From an uncultured Anaerolinea sp. (GTDB lineage Bacteria; Chloroflexota; Anaerolineae; Anaerolineales; UBA4823), in the NCBI GenBank assembly GCA_964531975.1, contig CAZHFU010000001.1, positions 11,051 through 75,050 on the forward strand: DNA of 64,000 bases, written 5' to 3'. A program made the position numbers and the translations under genes. Of the stretch, positions 1-8,609 are shown piece by piece; position 1 is the stretch's first letter; each line of letters begins with the position of its first letter. Under the pieces are notes generated by a model. That model was not told the origin of the DNA and did no database searches. It worked only from the letters and a program-made list of their open reading frames with translations.

Positions 1-22
1 TTTCTTGGTTTATAATACTTCC

Positions 23-511
23 ATGAGCGGCGTTTTATTTACCCCCTGGCGGATGGCATACATTTTGAGTAAAAAATACCCCCACTGTGTGTTTTGTTTA
101 GCCCGCGATCATTATGAAGACCCCGAACACCTGGTTGTGGTGCAGGGGGAATATAATATGGTGATCTTAAACCGCTACCCTTATACCAGCGGCCATTTGA
201 TGGTTGTGCCGAAGAGTCATGTGGGTCAGTTAGATGAGCTAGACGCGCCCACGCGCTCGGAAATGATGGAGATGGCCTCGCGGGCGGTGAACGTGCTGCG
301 AAAGATCTACTTGCCCCACGGCTTTAACGTGGGCATCAATGAGGGCACAGCCGCAGGGGCGGGCATTAAAGAGCATTTGCATTTGCATGTGGTGCCGCGC
401 TGGAGCGGCGATACAAATTTCATGTCTAGCGTTGGAGATGTGCGCGTTGTCCCCGAAGCATTAGACGTGACCCTGAGCAAGGTTCGAGTGGGCTGGGAGC
501 GGTTGGAATAG
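23..511 (+). CDS. HIT (histidine triad) family nucleotide hydrolase/transferase
   Basis: ORF 5..511 carries the histidine-triad motif HLHLHVVPR near the C-terminus. The first ATG is at 23. The frame is open to the window edge, so the true start is uncertain. Confidence 0.85.
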   Translation: MSGVLFTPWRMAYILSKKYPHCVFCLARDHYEDPEHLVVVQGEYNMVILNRYPYTSGHLMVVPKSHVGQLDELDAPTRSEMMEMASRAVNVLRKIYLPHGFNVGINEGTAAGAGIKEHLHLHVVPRWSGDTNFMSSVGDVRVVPEALDVTLSKVRVGWERLE

Positions 512-572
512 CGGCCCGCCCGCTGGGGGCTTTTGGAGGAAGCAGTAAATTAATCGATGAAGGAGGGCATGG

Positions 573-1787
573 ATGGGTGAGGCAGCACATCAGCCGGTCA
601 TCTTGAGCGCCGCTCGCACGGCGATTGGGCGCTTCCAGGGCAGTTTGAGCAGCATTCCCGCGCCGCGCTTGGGGGCGATGGCGATTAAAGCCGCGGTAGC
701 GCGGGCGGGCATTTCCGAGTTAGACAAAATTGATGAAGTCATCATGGGCAACGTAGTTACCGCAGGCCTGGGCCAGGCTCCGGCGCGCCAGGCGGCCATT
801 TTTGCCGGGCTGCCCGCCGAGGTGGGGGCGCTCACCATCAACAAGGTATGTGGGTCGGGGTTGAAAGCGGTGATGTTGGCCGCCCAGGCGATTCGCGCCG
901 GCGATGGGGCCTTGTTTGTGGCCGGCGGGCAAGAGAACATGAGCCGGGCGCCTTTTCTGGTGGACGCGCGCACCGGGGGGCTGCGATACGGCAACGCGCA
1001 GCTTACCGACGCTTTGCTGCGCGATGGTCTGTGGGACCCGTTCGAGGACTGGAGCATGGGCGACGCGGCCGAGTTTATCGCCCAAGAGTTCGACATCAGC
1101 CGCCAGGAAATGGATCATTTCGCCTATCAGAGCCACCAGCGCGCCTTGCAGGCGATTGAACAGGGTTGGTTTAAGGATGAAATTGTTCCGGTGGAGCTGG
1201 CTGGCAAGAAAGGGGCGGCGACGGTGTTTGCCCAGGATGAAGGCCCGCGCGCGGATACCAGCCTGGAAGCTTTGGCGGCGCTGCGCCCGGCCTTCCAGAA
1301 AGACGGTCGCGTGACGGCCGGCAACGCCCCAGGGCTAAACGACGGAGCCGCGGCGCTGGTGGTGGCTTCTGAAGCTGAAGCGCAGCGCCAGGGGGCCGCC
1401 CCTATGGCGCGCATCGTGGGCTATGCCCAGGCGGCGGTTGCTCCCAAATATCTGTTTAATGCCCCGGCTGTGGCCCTGCCAAAGCTGCTTGAGCGGGTGG
1501 GTTGGAGCCTGGATGATGTGGATCTGATTGAACTGAACGAAGCCTTTGCCGCTCAAGTTTTGGCGAACGGTAAGGCGCTGACTCAATTGGGTTGGAATTG
1601 GGATAAGGTGAACCGGCAAGGTGGGGCGATTGCCTTAGGCCACCCCATTGGGGCCAGCGGCGCACGCATCCTTACCACGCTGCTGTTCGGCTTGCGCCGC
1701 CTGGGGCTTCGACGGGGGATTGCGGCGCTGTGCCTGGGGGGAGCTGAATCGGTGGCGATAGCTGTAGAAATGTATCCGGAGGCGTAA
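573..1787 (+). CDS. acetyl-CoA C-acetyltransferase (thiolase II)
   Basis: 404 aa. N-terminus VILSAARTAIGRF, active-site Cys context NKVCGSGLKAV, C-terminal GGAIALGHPIGASGARI and CLGG motifs. GAAGGAGGG RBS lies upstream of the ATG at 573. Confidence 0.93.
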   Translation: MGEAAHQPVILSAARTAIGRFQGSLSSIPAPRLGAMAIKAAVARAGISELDKIDEVIMGNVVTAGLGQAPARQAAIFAGLPAEVGALTINKVCGSGLKAVMLAAQAIRAGDGALFVAGGQENMSRAPFLVDARTGGLRYGNAQLTDALLRDGLWDPFEDWSMGDAAEFIAQEFDISRQEMDHFAYQSHQRALQAIEQGWFKDEIVPVELAGKKGAATVFAQDEGPRADTSLEALAALRPAFQKDGRVTAGNAPGLNDGAAALVVASEAEAQRQGAAPMARIVGYAQAAVAPKYLFNAPAVALPKLLERVGWSLDDVDLIELNEAFAAQVLANGKALTQLGWNWDKVNRQGGAIALGHPIGASGARILTTLLFGLRRLGLRRGIAALCLGGAESVAIAVEMYPEA

Positions 1788-2636
1788 ATGCAAATCAACA
1801 AAATTTTTGTCGTGGGGGCGGGAACGATGGGCAGTGGGATTGCTCAAACCGCCGCCATTAGCGGATACGATGTGACGATGATGGATATTGCCCCCGAACA
1901 GTTGGAACGCGCCCGCCAGGGGATTGCCAGATCGGCAGGGCGGCTGCTGGAAAAGGGCCACCTTACCCAGGCGCAGTACGACGCCGCAGTGAATTTGCCG
2001 TGCGTGGTTAACATGGACGCGCTGGCAGAGGCAGACCTGGTGATCGAAGCGGCGGTTGAGAATCCCGAAATCAAGCTCGGTCTCTTCCGCCAGATCGACC
2101 AGGCTGCTCGTCCTGGAGCGGTGCTTGCCAGCAACACTTCGTCGATCAGCATTACGCAGATCGCTGCGGCTACGCACCGTCCGCAAGATGTGATCGGCAT
2201 GCATTTCATGAATCCGGTTCCGCTGATGCGCCTGGTGGAGGTGATTCGCGGCTTAGCTACAGGCGACGAGGCGATGCAAACTGTGCTAGCGGTGTGCCGC
2301 CAGATGGGCAAAGAGCCGGTTGAAGCGATGGATTCGCCGGGGTTTATTTCCAACCGCATTCTATGCCCGATGATTAACGAAGCCATCTTTGCGCTGCAAG
2401 AGGAAGTGGGTACTCCAGAGGCGATAGATACGGTGATGAAGTTGGGGATGAATCATCCGATGGGGCCGCTGGCCCTGGCCGACCTGGTGGGTTTGGATGT
2501 GGTGCTGTTTGTGATGGAAGTGCTGCAGCGTGATTTTGGGGATGATAAATACCGCCCAGCCTATTTGCTGCGCAAAATGGTGCAGGCGGGGCGCTTGGGG
2601 CGCAAAAGCGGACAGGGTTTTTACACTTACACATAG
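1788..2636 (+). CDS. hbd: 3-hydroxybutyryl-CoA dehydrogenase
   Basis: 282 aa. N-terminal Rossmann motif VVGAGTMGSGIAQ and 3-hydroxyacyl-CoA dehydrogenase-like body. The ATG directly abuts the thiolase TAA stop (TAAATG), implying co-transcription. Confidence 0.92.
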   Translation: MQINKIFVVGAGTMGSGIAQTAAISGYDVTMMDIAPEQLERARQGIARSAGRLLEKGHLTQAQYDAAVNLPCVVNMDALAEADLVIEAAVENPEIKLGLFRQIDQAARPGAVLASNTSSISITQIAAATHRPQDVIGMHFMNPVPLMRLVEVIRGLATGDEAMQTVLAVCRQMGKEPVEAMDSPGFISNRILCPMINEAIFALQEEVGTPEAIDTVMKLGMNHPMGPLALADLVGLDVVLFVMEVLQRDFGDDKYRPAYLLRKMVQAGRLGRKSGQGFYTYT

Positions 2637-2698
2637 GGGGCCGTCGCCTGGGCCTGCTCAATCGGCCAGGTGAAGACCGCCCGGATGGAGGTTGTAAG

Positions 2699-2748
2699 AC
2701 AAACGGGATGATTTCGCGCCAGGCGGCGTGAACCATCCCGTTTGTTTT
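2699..2748. terminator. hairpin between convergent genes (candidate bidirectional terminator)
   Basis: 12-bp perfect stem: ACAAACGGGATG (2699-2710) pairs with CATCCCGTTTGT (2734-2745), followed by TTT. It lies between the hbd stop and the stop of the minus-strand gene at 2773. The loop is long (23 nt). Confidence 0.45.
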
Positions 2749-2772
2749 AATCTGACCGATGCGGAGCAAGCT

Positions 2773-3621
2773 CTAAAGCCAGGTCAGCTCCCAAGTCTCG
2801 GTGTGCGCGCACGAACCGTCTACCGCCAGCCTTTCCAGTGGGCCAAGAGTTTCAAGCTCGATCATATCAAAGCGGGTGAAAACCTCGCTGTTGCAACCCA
2901 AATCGGGGTGGGGGCGGCCGGCTTGAGGGGTGAATCGCTTGGTGAAGCGCAGCCCCCGGCGCTGATAGGCCACCCAGCCGTGCGGGTTATACAGCCCGAT
3001 TTTGAGCGGCGGGGCTTCGCCGCCGGCATGGCGGACACGGATGGCCTCGCGACCCATGGACAGGCGCGCATCGCTTAGATCGGTGTAAGCCCACACGGCC
3101 AGGCTCGTGGCGGGCAGCAGGTCGGCGGTGTGCGAGCGGCGATCCGGCAGGGGTAAGATGGCCTCGCCGCCCAGGGCCATCTGGGTGATAGCCCATGGGG
3201 CCAGCTCCACCGGCCAGGCCGAGTGGTTGGTCAGGCGGTGGGTGACGATGGCGCGCTGCTGGTCATCGGGCATGGTGATGTGGATTTCTTTAGCAATGCC
3301 CGTGGCGGCTTCGACTTCTTGATAGAAAGCCACGCCGCCCTCCGGGGTGCGTTCCCAGCGCAGCGGAGCGTTATCGGGGCAGTAGGAGCGGGGCGCAGCT
3401 TCGGGGGCATGCCACAGGCGGTGGCCGCCGTAGGCGCGCCAGGCGTCGCCGCCGCTTTGGCCCACCTCGTTCGGGAATTCGAGAAACTGATTTTCGCCAT
3501 CGCCCAGGGCAAAGCGAATGACCCGCGGCCCCACTTCGAGCGTGACCACCATCTCGATGGCGGCGTTGGATAGGCGTAGGGCGCGCTTCCAACCGTGATA
3601 TGAGATTTCCTGGATGTGCAT
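2773..3621 (-). CDS. conserved hypothetical protein (beta-rich, family not recognised)
   Basis: 282-aa ORF with normal coding composition and a GGHRLWHAPE motif. I cannot assign a family with confidence; a mutarotase-like fold is only a guess. Confidence 0.6.
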   Translation of the reverse strand: MHIQEISYHGWKRALRLSNAAIEMVVTLEVGPRVIRFALGDGENQFLEFPNEVGQSGGDAWRAYGGHRLWHAPEAAPRSYCPDNAPLRWERTPEGGVAFYQEVEAATGIAKEIHITMPDDQQRAIVTHRLTNHSAWPVELAPWAITQMALGGEAILPLPDRRSHTADLLPATSLAVWAYTDLSDARLSMGREAIRVRHAGGEAPPLKIGLYNPHGWVAYQRRGLRFTKRFTPQAGRPHPDLGCNSEVFTRFDMIELETLGPLERLAVDGSCAHTETWELTWL

Positions 3622-3634
3622 AAACGGCGCGCTT

Positions 3635-4474
3635 CTAATTGGTAAAATAGCCTACCCCTAAGATGCCCGGCCCGGCGTGCGTAATAATCGCCGGAGGCAT
3701 CGGTATTACAGGAACGTCTTCCTGACCTAACATGCGTCCCAGGTCTTGAGCAAGCCGAGCGCCTTCGACCTGGTTGCCGGCGTAAAGCACGCTCACGTAT
3801 GCGGTTCCGTCATGGGGGGCATGATCGCAGATCACCTCTTTGAGGCGTTCGACGGCGCGCTTAGAGGTGCGCTCTTTTTCGAACTGATCGATTTTGCCAT
3901 TATGCAGGCGCAAGATGGGCTTGATTTGCAGCACAGTGCCCACCAGGGCGGCGGCCCCGCCGATGCGCCCGCCCTTCGCCAGGTACTCCAGCGTATCGAC
4001 CAAGAAATATAACTTACAGCGGGCCGACATATCCATCACCCGCTTTACGATGCTGTCGGCGTCTGCGCCTTCCTCGGCCCACTGGGCGGCCAACAGAACC
4101 AGCGTGCGCAGCGGGCTGGCGATGAGGCGTGTATCCAGGATGCGGATATCCGCCTCGGGGTAGTCGGCGGCGGCCACGGTGGCTGAGCGCACCGTGCCGC
4201 TGATCTCGCTGGATGGGTGAAGGCACAAAATCGGCTCGCCGGTGGGAACCAGGCGCTCAAATTCTTTCACAAATGTTTCGATCGGCGGCGCGGCGGTCTT
4301 GGGTAATTCGGAAGACGCTTTCAGCCGGGTCAAAAATTGTTCCGTGTCGATGTCGATGCCTTCGAGGAAGGAATCATCGCCAAAGGTAATCATTTGCGGA
4401 ACGACGGGGATATGATAGCGCTCGATGTCTTGCCTGGTCAGGCAAGCCGTGCTGTCGGTGATAATATGAACCAT
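3635..4474 (-). CDS. DegV family fatty-acid-binding protein
   Basis: 279 aa. N-terminus VHIITDSTACL, and the length and architecture are typical of DegV/EDD-fold proteins. Confidence 0.88.
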   Translation of the reverse strand: MVHIITDSTACLTRQDIERYHIPVVPQMITFGDDSFLEGIDIDTEQFLTRLKASSELPKTAAPPIETFVKEFERLVPTGEPILCLHPSSEISGTVRSATVAAADYPEADIRILDTRLIASPLRTLVLLAAQWAEEGADADSIVKRVMDMSARCKLYFLVDTLEYLAKGGRIGGAAALVGTVLQIKPILRLHNGKIDQFEKERTSKRAVERLKEVICDHAPHDGTAYVSVLYAGNQVEGARLAQDLGRMLGQEDVPVIPMPPAIITHAGPGILGVGYFTN

Positions 4475-4505
4475 GGAATAATGCCCTCTTTTTTAAAATA
4501 GATTT

Positions 4506-5777
4506 TTATACGCGCAGAGCGCGAAATAAATCAGGCGTCGGTGGAATCTTGATCCGGCAGGCGGCGGGTGGCGTTGGGGTCGTTGGCGGTGGGGCCGGGT
4601 CTTCTAGCAGGCGGCGGGTGGCGAAGGGGTCGTCGGCGGTGGGGGCGGCCGGGTCTTCGGGCAGGCGGCGGGTGGCGGAGGGGTCGTCGGCGGTGGGGGC
4701 GGCCGGGTCTTCGGGCAGGCGGCGGGTGGCGGAGGGGTCGTCGGCGGTGGGGGCGGCCGGGTCTTCGGGCAGGCGGCGGGTGGCGTTGGGGTCGTTGGCG
4801 GTGGGGGCATCGAACACTTCAGCCGGGAATGAAGCGGCAAAACCTTCGTTTGCCATTTCGACCGGCGAATGGGCCTGGGGGACGGCTCCAACAGCTGCGC
4901 CAGGCGGCATGACCTGTTTGTCTACATCTACCGCGGGTTCGCCGCCGGTAACCGGCTGCGCTATGGCGCGGCCCACCAGGTCATCCTGGGGCGAAGGAGC
5001 GGTATGCGAAACGGAAGGTGAACCGGGGGTGGGCAGGGCGATCTCAAGTTCGAGCGCTCCTTGGCGGTAGATCGCCGCGAATATCGCCCAGGCTACCAGG
5101 CTAATATAAAAGGAAAGCGCCCCTAAGACCAGTGGGGTTAGGAAACATAAGATTACCGACATATATAGGAAAATATAAACAAAATACGTCACCGTTAACA
5201 GCCCCAACATAATCAACCAGGCGATAAAGAGATCACCGGCCTTACGACGCACCAGGCGAGTAATCGTGCGGAAGTCAAACGCTCCCGCCCAGCGCTCCCC
5301 GGCGATGGCATGGTTCATTGCCATGGGCAGGGGGATGGCGCCCAGGAGGGTAAAAAAGAAAGTGAGAAGCATACCGACAAATAACACAATCATGGCTATG
5401 AAGAAAAGAAAGCCTATGGCGGGATCACCATTGCGCTGAAAACTTATCGCGAAGACACCAAATATGTAAAAGGAAATGCTTACAAAATAGATCAGCATCG
5501 CCGGCAGGGTATAGACCAGGTTAATCAGGAGGAATTTTATTCCGTCAACAAATAAATTCCCCCAATCCTCCCACGGGGGCATTTCCAATGCCTGTCCTTG
5601 GATAATGCGCCGCATGAGGCGCTGGTAATAACCAAATACAAGCAGCAAAGGGATGATGGGGATGATAAAAGCCAACGTCATCAGGCCAATCCCAACTAAC
5701 AGATGGTTAACAGAGGCCTTATCCCTGGCGGGAAAAGCTAAAAAAGCTTTAATATTGGAGGTATCAAATGTGGTCAC
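4506..5777 (-). CDS. polytopic membrane protein (DUF4013-like) with C-terminal 18-aa tandem repeats
   Basis: 423 aa. The N-terminal ~240 aa are strongly hydrophobic with multiple TM segments. The C-terminal tail carries repeats PTADDPSATRRLPEDPAA. The family name is from memory of similar proteins. Confidence 0.65.
   Translation of the reverse strand: MTTFDTSNIKAFLAFPARDKASVNHLLVGIGLMTLAFIIPIIPLLLVFGYYQRLMRRIIQGQALEMPPWEDWGNLFVDGIKFLLINLVYTLPAMLIYFVSISFYIFGVFAISFQRNGDPAIGFLFFIAMIVLFVGMLLTFFFTLLGAIPLPMAMNHAIAGERWAGAFDFRTITRLVRRKAGDLFIAWLIMLGLLTVTYFVYIFLYMSVILCFLTPLVLGALSFYISLVAWAIFAAIYRQGALELEIALPTPGSPSVSHTAPSPQDDLVGRAIAQPVTGGEPAVDVDKQVMPPGAAVGAVPQAHSPVEMANEGFAASFPAEVFDAPTANDPNATRRLPEDPAAPTADDPSATRRLPEDPAAPTADDPSATRRLPEDPAAPTADDPFATRRLLEDPAPPPTTPTPPAACRIKIPPTPDLFRALRV
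4558..4811 (-). repeat. 54-bp coding tandem repeat, about 4.7 copies
   Basis: Copies start at 4558 (50 nt), 4608, 4662 and 4716 (54 nt each) and 4770 (partial). Copies 4662 and 4716 are identical. The repeat encodes the 18-aa unit of the 4506..5777 protein. Confidence 0.9.
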
Positions 5778-5883
5778 GAATAATTCCTAACTTTCTACAT
5801 TTTTTATCACGATTTATGAGTATACCATTAAAGGGCGCGGCCTGGCTGCTGAACCATAAAAGTGTCCTGTAAAATCGGCTTTG

Positions 5884-8460
5884 TTACGGATATGCCAGGG
5901 CGGCCTGGACGGCGGCATAGGCGTCTACTACGCCGTATCCGGCGGCAGTGGACGGGTATGATTCGGCTTGCAGGCAACCGGGCAGCGCTCCCGTGTAGGG
6001 GCGGGCTGTGCGGCGCAGAATGGCGGCGGTGGCGTCCACCTGGCCGACCAGGTTGGGGTTCGCCGACCACATTAACGCCACCACGCCGACCACGTGCGGC
6101 CCGCCCATGGATGTTCCGGAAAACCGGGCATAAGAGCCGCCAGGGATAGTGGAGAGGATATAGACACCCGGGGCCAGGATGTCTGGCTTGACTCTTCCAT
6201 CGGGGGTGGGGCCGATGCTGCTGAAAGATGCTAACTCTCCGCTCTGATCGATTGCGCCAACGCTAAACACTTCGTCGTAGATGGCTGGCGGGGTGGTTAA
6301 AGAGCCGCAAGCCGGGCCGTCGTTGCCGCCAGAGACCACAACAAATATCCCGGCGGCTTTAAGCGCCCTGGCCGCCGACAGGAACACATCATTATCGCAG
6401 CCCTCCAAGGGTGGGCAGCCCCACGAATTGTTTAGCACCTGTGCTCCCTGTTCGGGAAGCCCTTGAGTGAGGGCATCGCCGCCCTGAGGGTAGGGGGCCA
6501 GCATAAACTGCCAGCAGTCGAGATACAATGCCGGGTTAGCCAGGTTGCGGGCCAGGTTGGAACAAGCGATGAACTGCGCCTGGGGGGCCACGCCCACCTG
6601 ATCGCCTAAAATCGTGCCGGTGGTGTGGGTTCCATGTCCACCCAAATCGTATGGCTGCGCTTTACCGTACCAGGCGTCTAGCCAATTGGGTGATTGAGGC
6701 TCAACAGCGCCGCGATATTTTGCGCGCAGCGCCGGATGGCTGACCTCTACCCCGCTGTCGGATTGGCCGATGAGGATGCCCTGGCCGCGCACATCAAAGT
6801 CTTCCCATACCGCCTCGGCCCGGATGGCGCGAATGTTCCAGGTGGGTTCTCTGGGGGCAGCGGCGGGAGGCGTAAAGCGGCTGGCATTGGAAGTTGTGGG
6901 CGGCAAAGGGCGCAGGCGCGGGCTATCGAGCACCCGGTCCACTTGCGGTTGCAGCGCCAACCAGGCGCGTAGGGGTGGGTCGGCTTGAATTTCAACTGCG
7001 TTCACCAGGTAATAGGAAGTATAGGCGATGCCGAGTTGATTTAATTGGGCGAGCAGGGGGGCCTGGGTTGTTTGGGCGTGGTCACTAAGGGTGCGGTACA
7101 CCCACGCCCGGCGCTCAGTTGGGTTGGTAAACTCTGCGGCCGCGCTAAGATCGGCTTGATCTTTCAGGATGACGAACAGGCGCTCACCGTTCCAGGTCGA
7201 TTGGCGTGTAGACAGCAAAGGCGTTTGGTTGCACACCACTGCCAAAGCCAGGGCGATCAGGAGGATTGAAATGCAGCCCAGCTGGGCGCGGCGTGCGCCC
7301 AACAGGTGCGGGCGGCGAGCGGCCCATATTAACAGTCCCCCGCTGAATAATCCGGCGACAATCGCTACTCCGGCGCTGTAAAATGACATGCCCAAAGCCA
7401 TGGCCCAGATTTCCGATAGACTGTCGGCCAGGTTGATGTTCAGTTCATCGGGGTCGATCCAGGTCAGCGGGCCGAGGGCCGCCAGGCTGAGCAGGGCCGC
7501 CCACACCCACAGGCGCGGGGCAGCGTGACGCAGATTGGGATAGCTTTCCGGCCCAGGGAAGAGGGCGTTCAACCCCGCCAACAGCAGGGCCAGGGCTGGG
7601 AGGATAATGAACAGAAGCAGCTGCAGCCCTCCGAAAGGGAATGCCAGGGCCGAAGCCATTAAGATGAGCAGGCCGGCGGCTCCGAGCAGGGATAGAAAAT
7701 AGGCTTCGCGGCGGTTTGCCGCCAGGCTGCGAAGGGGGGTGAATAGATGATATTCCAACAGCAGCGCCGCCGACAGCCCTAAGGCAAAGGCCAGGCCCAC
7801 TGCCAGCAGCGTATCGAGCGGCGAACCTAACGCCCCGCGGCTGATGAAGGGGATGATGGCGGCGCAGCCAACCACCAGAGCGGTGAGCATCATCAGCAGG
7901 GGGGCAGATTGCTTGGGTGGGAGCGTAGATGAAAGCAGACGGCCATGGCGGGAGGCCATATCGAACAACGCCTGGGCGGCGTTGGCGGGTGGGAGAGACG
8001 CATCTCCCGCTTCCACCGCCGGGGTGAGGCCCACGGAGGCGGTGGGCGCAGCTGCGCGAAGGCGGCGCGCCAAGAGCCATATCAACCCTCCCACTCCAAC
8101 GATTTGAAGCAGGTAGCGCCCCTGCGCTCCGCTGATCCACCACCACTGCGCCGGTAGGGTGACCAAGGGCCAGGCAATGGCCGCCCAGGCCCAGGCGCGT
8201 GAAATAGTCCGGAAGCGCGCGTCGGGGAGAAAACGCCCGGCCAGCACCAGGGGGGCGCCAATCAGTAAGATTTGAATCAGCTGGCTGATGGCTCCTGAGC
8301 TGGTGAACCATTTCAGGCTGGTGGATTGATCGGATTGCAAGGCTCCCAGCCGAATGAAGGTAACTATGGCGATGAAGACCAGGGTGAACAGCAGTCCAAG
8401 CCAGTTTAGCATGCCGGCGCAGCCGGTGGATTCTTTTTGGGGAGGTGTTGGAGGGGTCAT
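5884..8460 (-). CDS. subtilisin-like (S8) serine peptidase fused to a large N-terminal polytopic membrane domain
   Basis: 858 aa. The catalytic triad contexts are GQSDSGV (Asp), GHGTHTTG (His) and SGTSMGGPHVVG (Ser), all in the C-terminal ~380 aa. The N-terminal ~430 aa form many hydrophobic helices. Confidence 0.85.
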   Translation of the reverse strand: MTPPTPPQKESTGCAGMLNWLGLLFTLVFIAIVTFIRLGALQSDQSTSLKWFTSSGAISQLIQILLIGAPLVLAGRFLPDARFRTISRAWAWAAIAWPLVTLPAQWWWISGAQGRYLLQIVGVGGLIWLLARRLRAAAPTASVGLTPAVEAGDASLPPANAAQALFDMASRHGRLLSSTLPPKQSAPLLMMLTALVVGCAAIIPFISRGALGSPLDTLLAVGLAFALGLSAALLLEYHLFTPLRSLAANRREAYFLSLLGAAGLLILMASALAFPFGGLQLLLFIILPALALLLAGLNALFPGPESYPNLRHAAPRLWVWAALLSLAALGPLTWIDPDELNINLADSLSEIWAMALGMSFYSAGVAIVAGLFSGGLLIWAARRPHLLGARRAQLGCISILLIALALAVVCNQTPLLSTRQSTWNGERLFVILKDQADLSAAAEFTNPTERRAWVYRTLSDHAQTTQAPLLAQLNQLGIAYTSYYLVNAVEIQADPPLRAWLALQPQVDRVLDSPRLRPLPPTTSNASRFTPPAAAPREPTWNIRAIRAEAVWEDFDVRGQGILIGQSDSGVEVSHPALRAKYRGAVEPQSPNWLDAWYGKAQPYDLGGHGTHTTGTILGDQVGVAPQAQFIACSNLARNLANPALYLDCWQFMLAPYPQGGDALTQGLPEQGAQVLNNSWGCPPLEGCDNDVFLSAARALKAAGIFVVVSGGNDGPACGSLTTPPAIYDEVFSVGAIDQSGELASFSSIGPTPDGRVKPDILAPGVYILSTIPGGSYARFSGTSMGGPHVVGVVALMWSANPNLVGQVDATAAILRRTARPYTGALPGCLQAESYPSTAAGYGVVDAYAAVQAALAYP

Positions 8461-8609
8461 AGGTTAAATTATAAACCCACAACCAACAAAAGTCGGAAGT
8501 GGGTTTATAACGCGCCTGCGCCCTCGGCCTGGACGGACACCCGCGAAGGAGAACCGGTCGTCCACCACGCGCGGCAGGCTTATGACGGCAGCCAGCGGGC
8601 GGCGCAGGG

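Noticed and set aside
4558-4811. A regularly spaced 54-bp repeat, considered as a possible CRISPR array.
   Set aside because: The copies are directly adjacent with no spacers. They lie in-frame inside a CDS and encode an 18-aa peptide repeat. No cas genes are nearby.
7445-8482. 345-aa minus-strand ORF in another frame inside the S8 protease gene. Similar long alternative-frame or antisense ORFs occur at 10097..10738, 22104..22715, 40092..40781, 47850..48605 and 50253..50933.
   Set aside because: These are shadow ORFs typical of GC-rich DNA. They have Arg/Pro/Gly/Ala-rich low-complexity translations and no motifs. They are fully nested in ORFs that carry clear family signatures.
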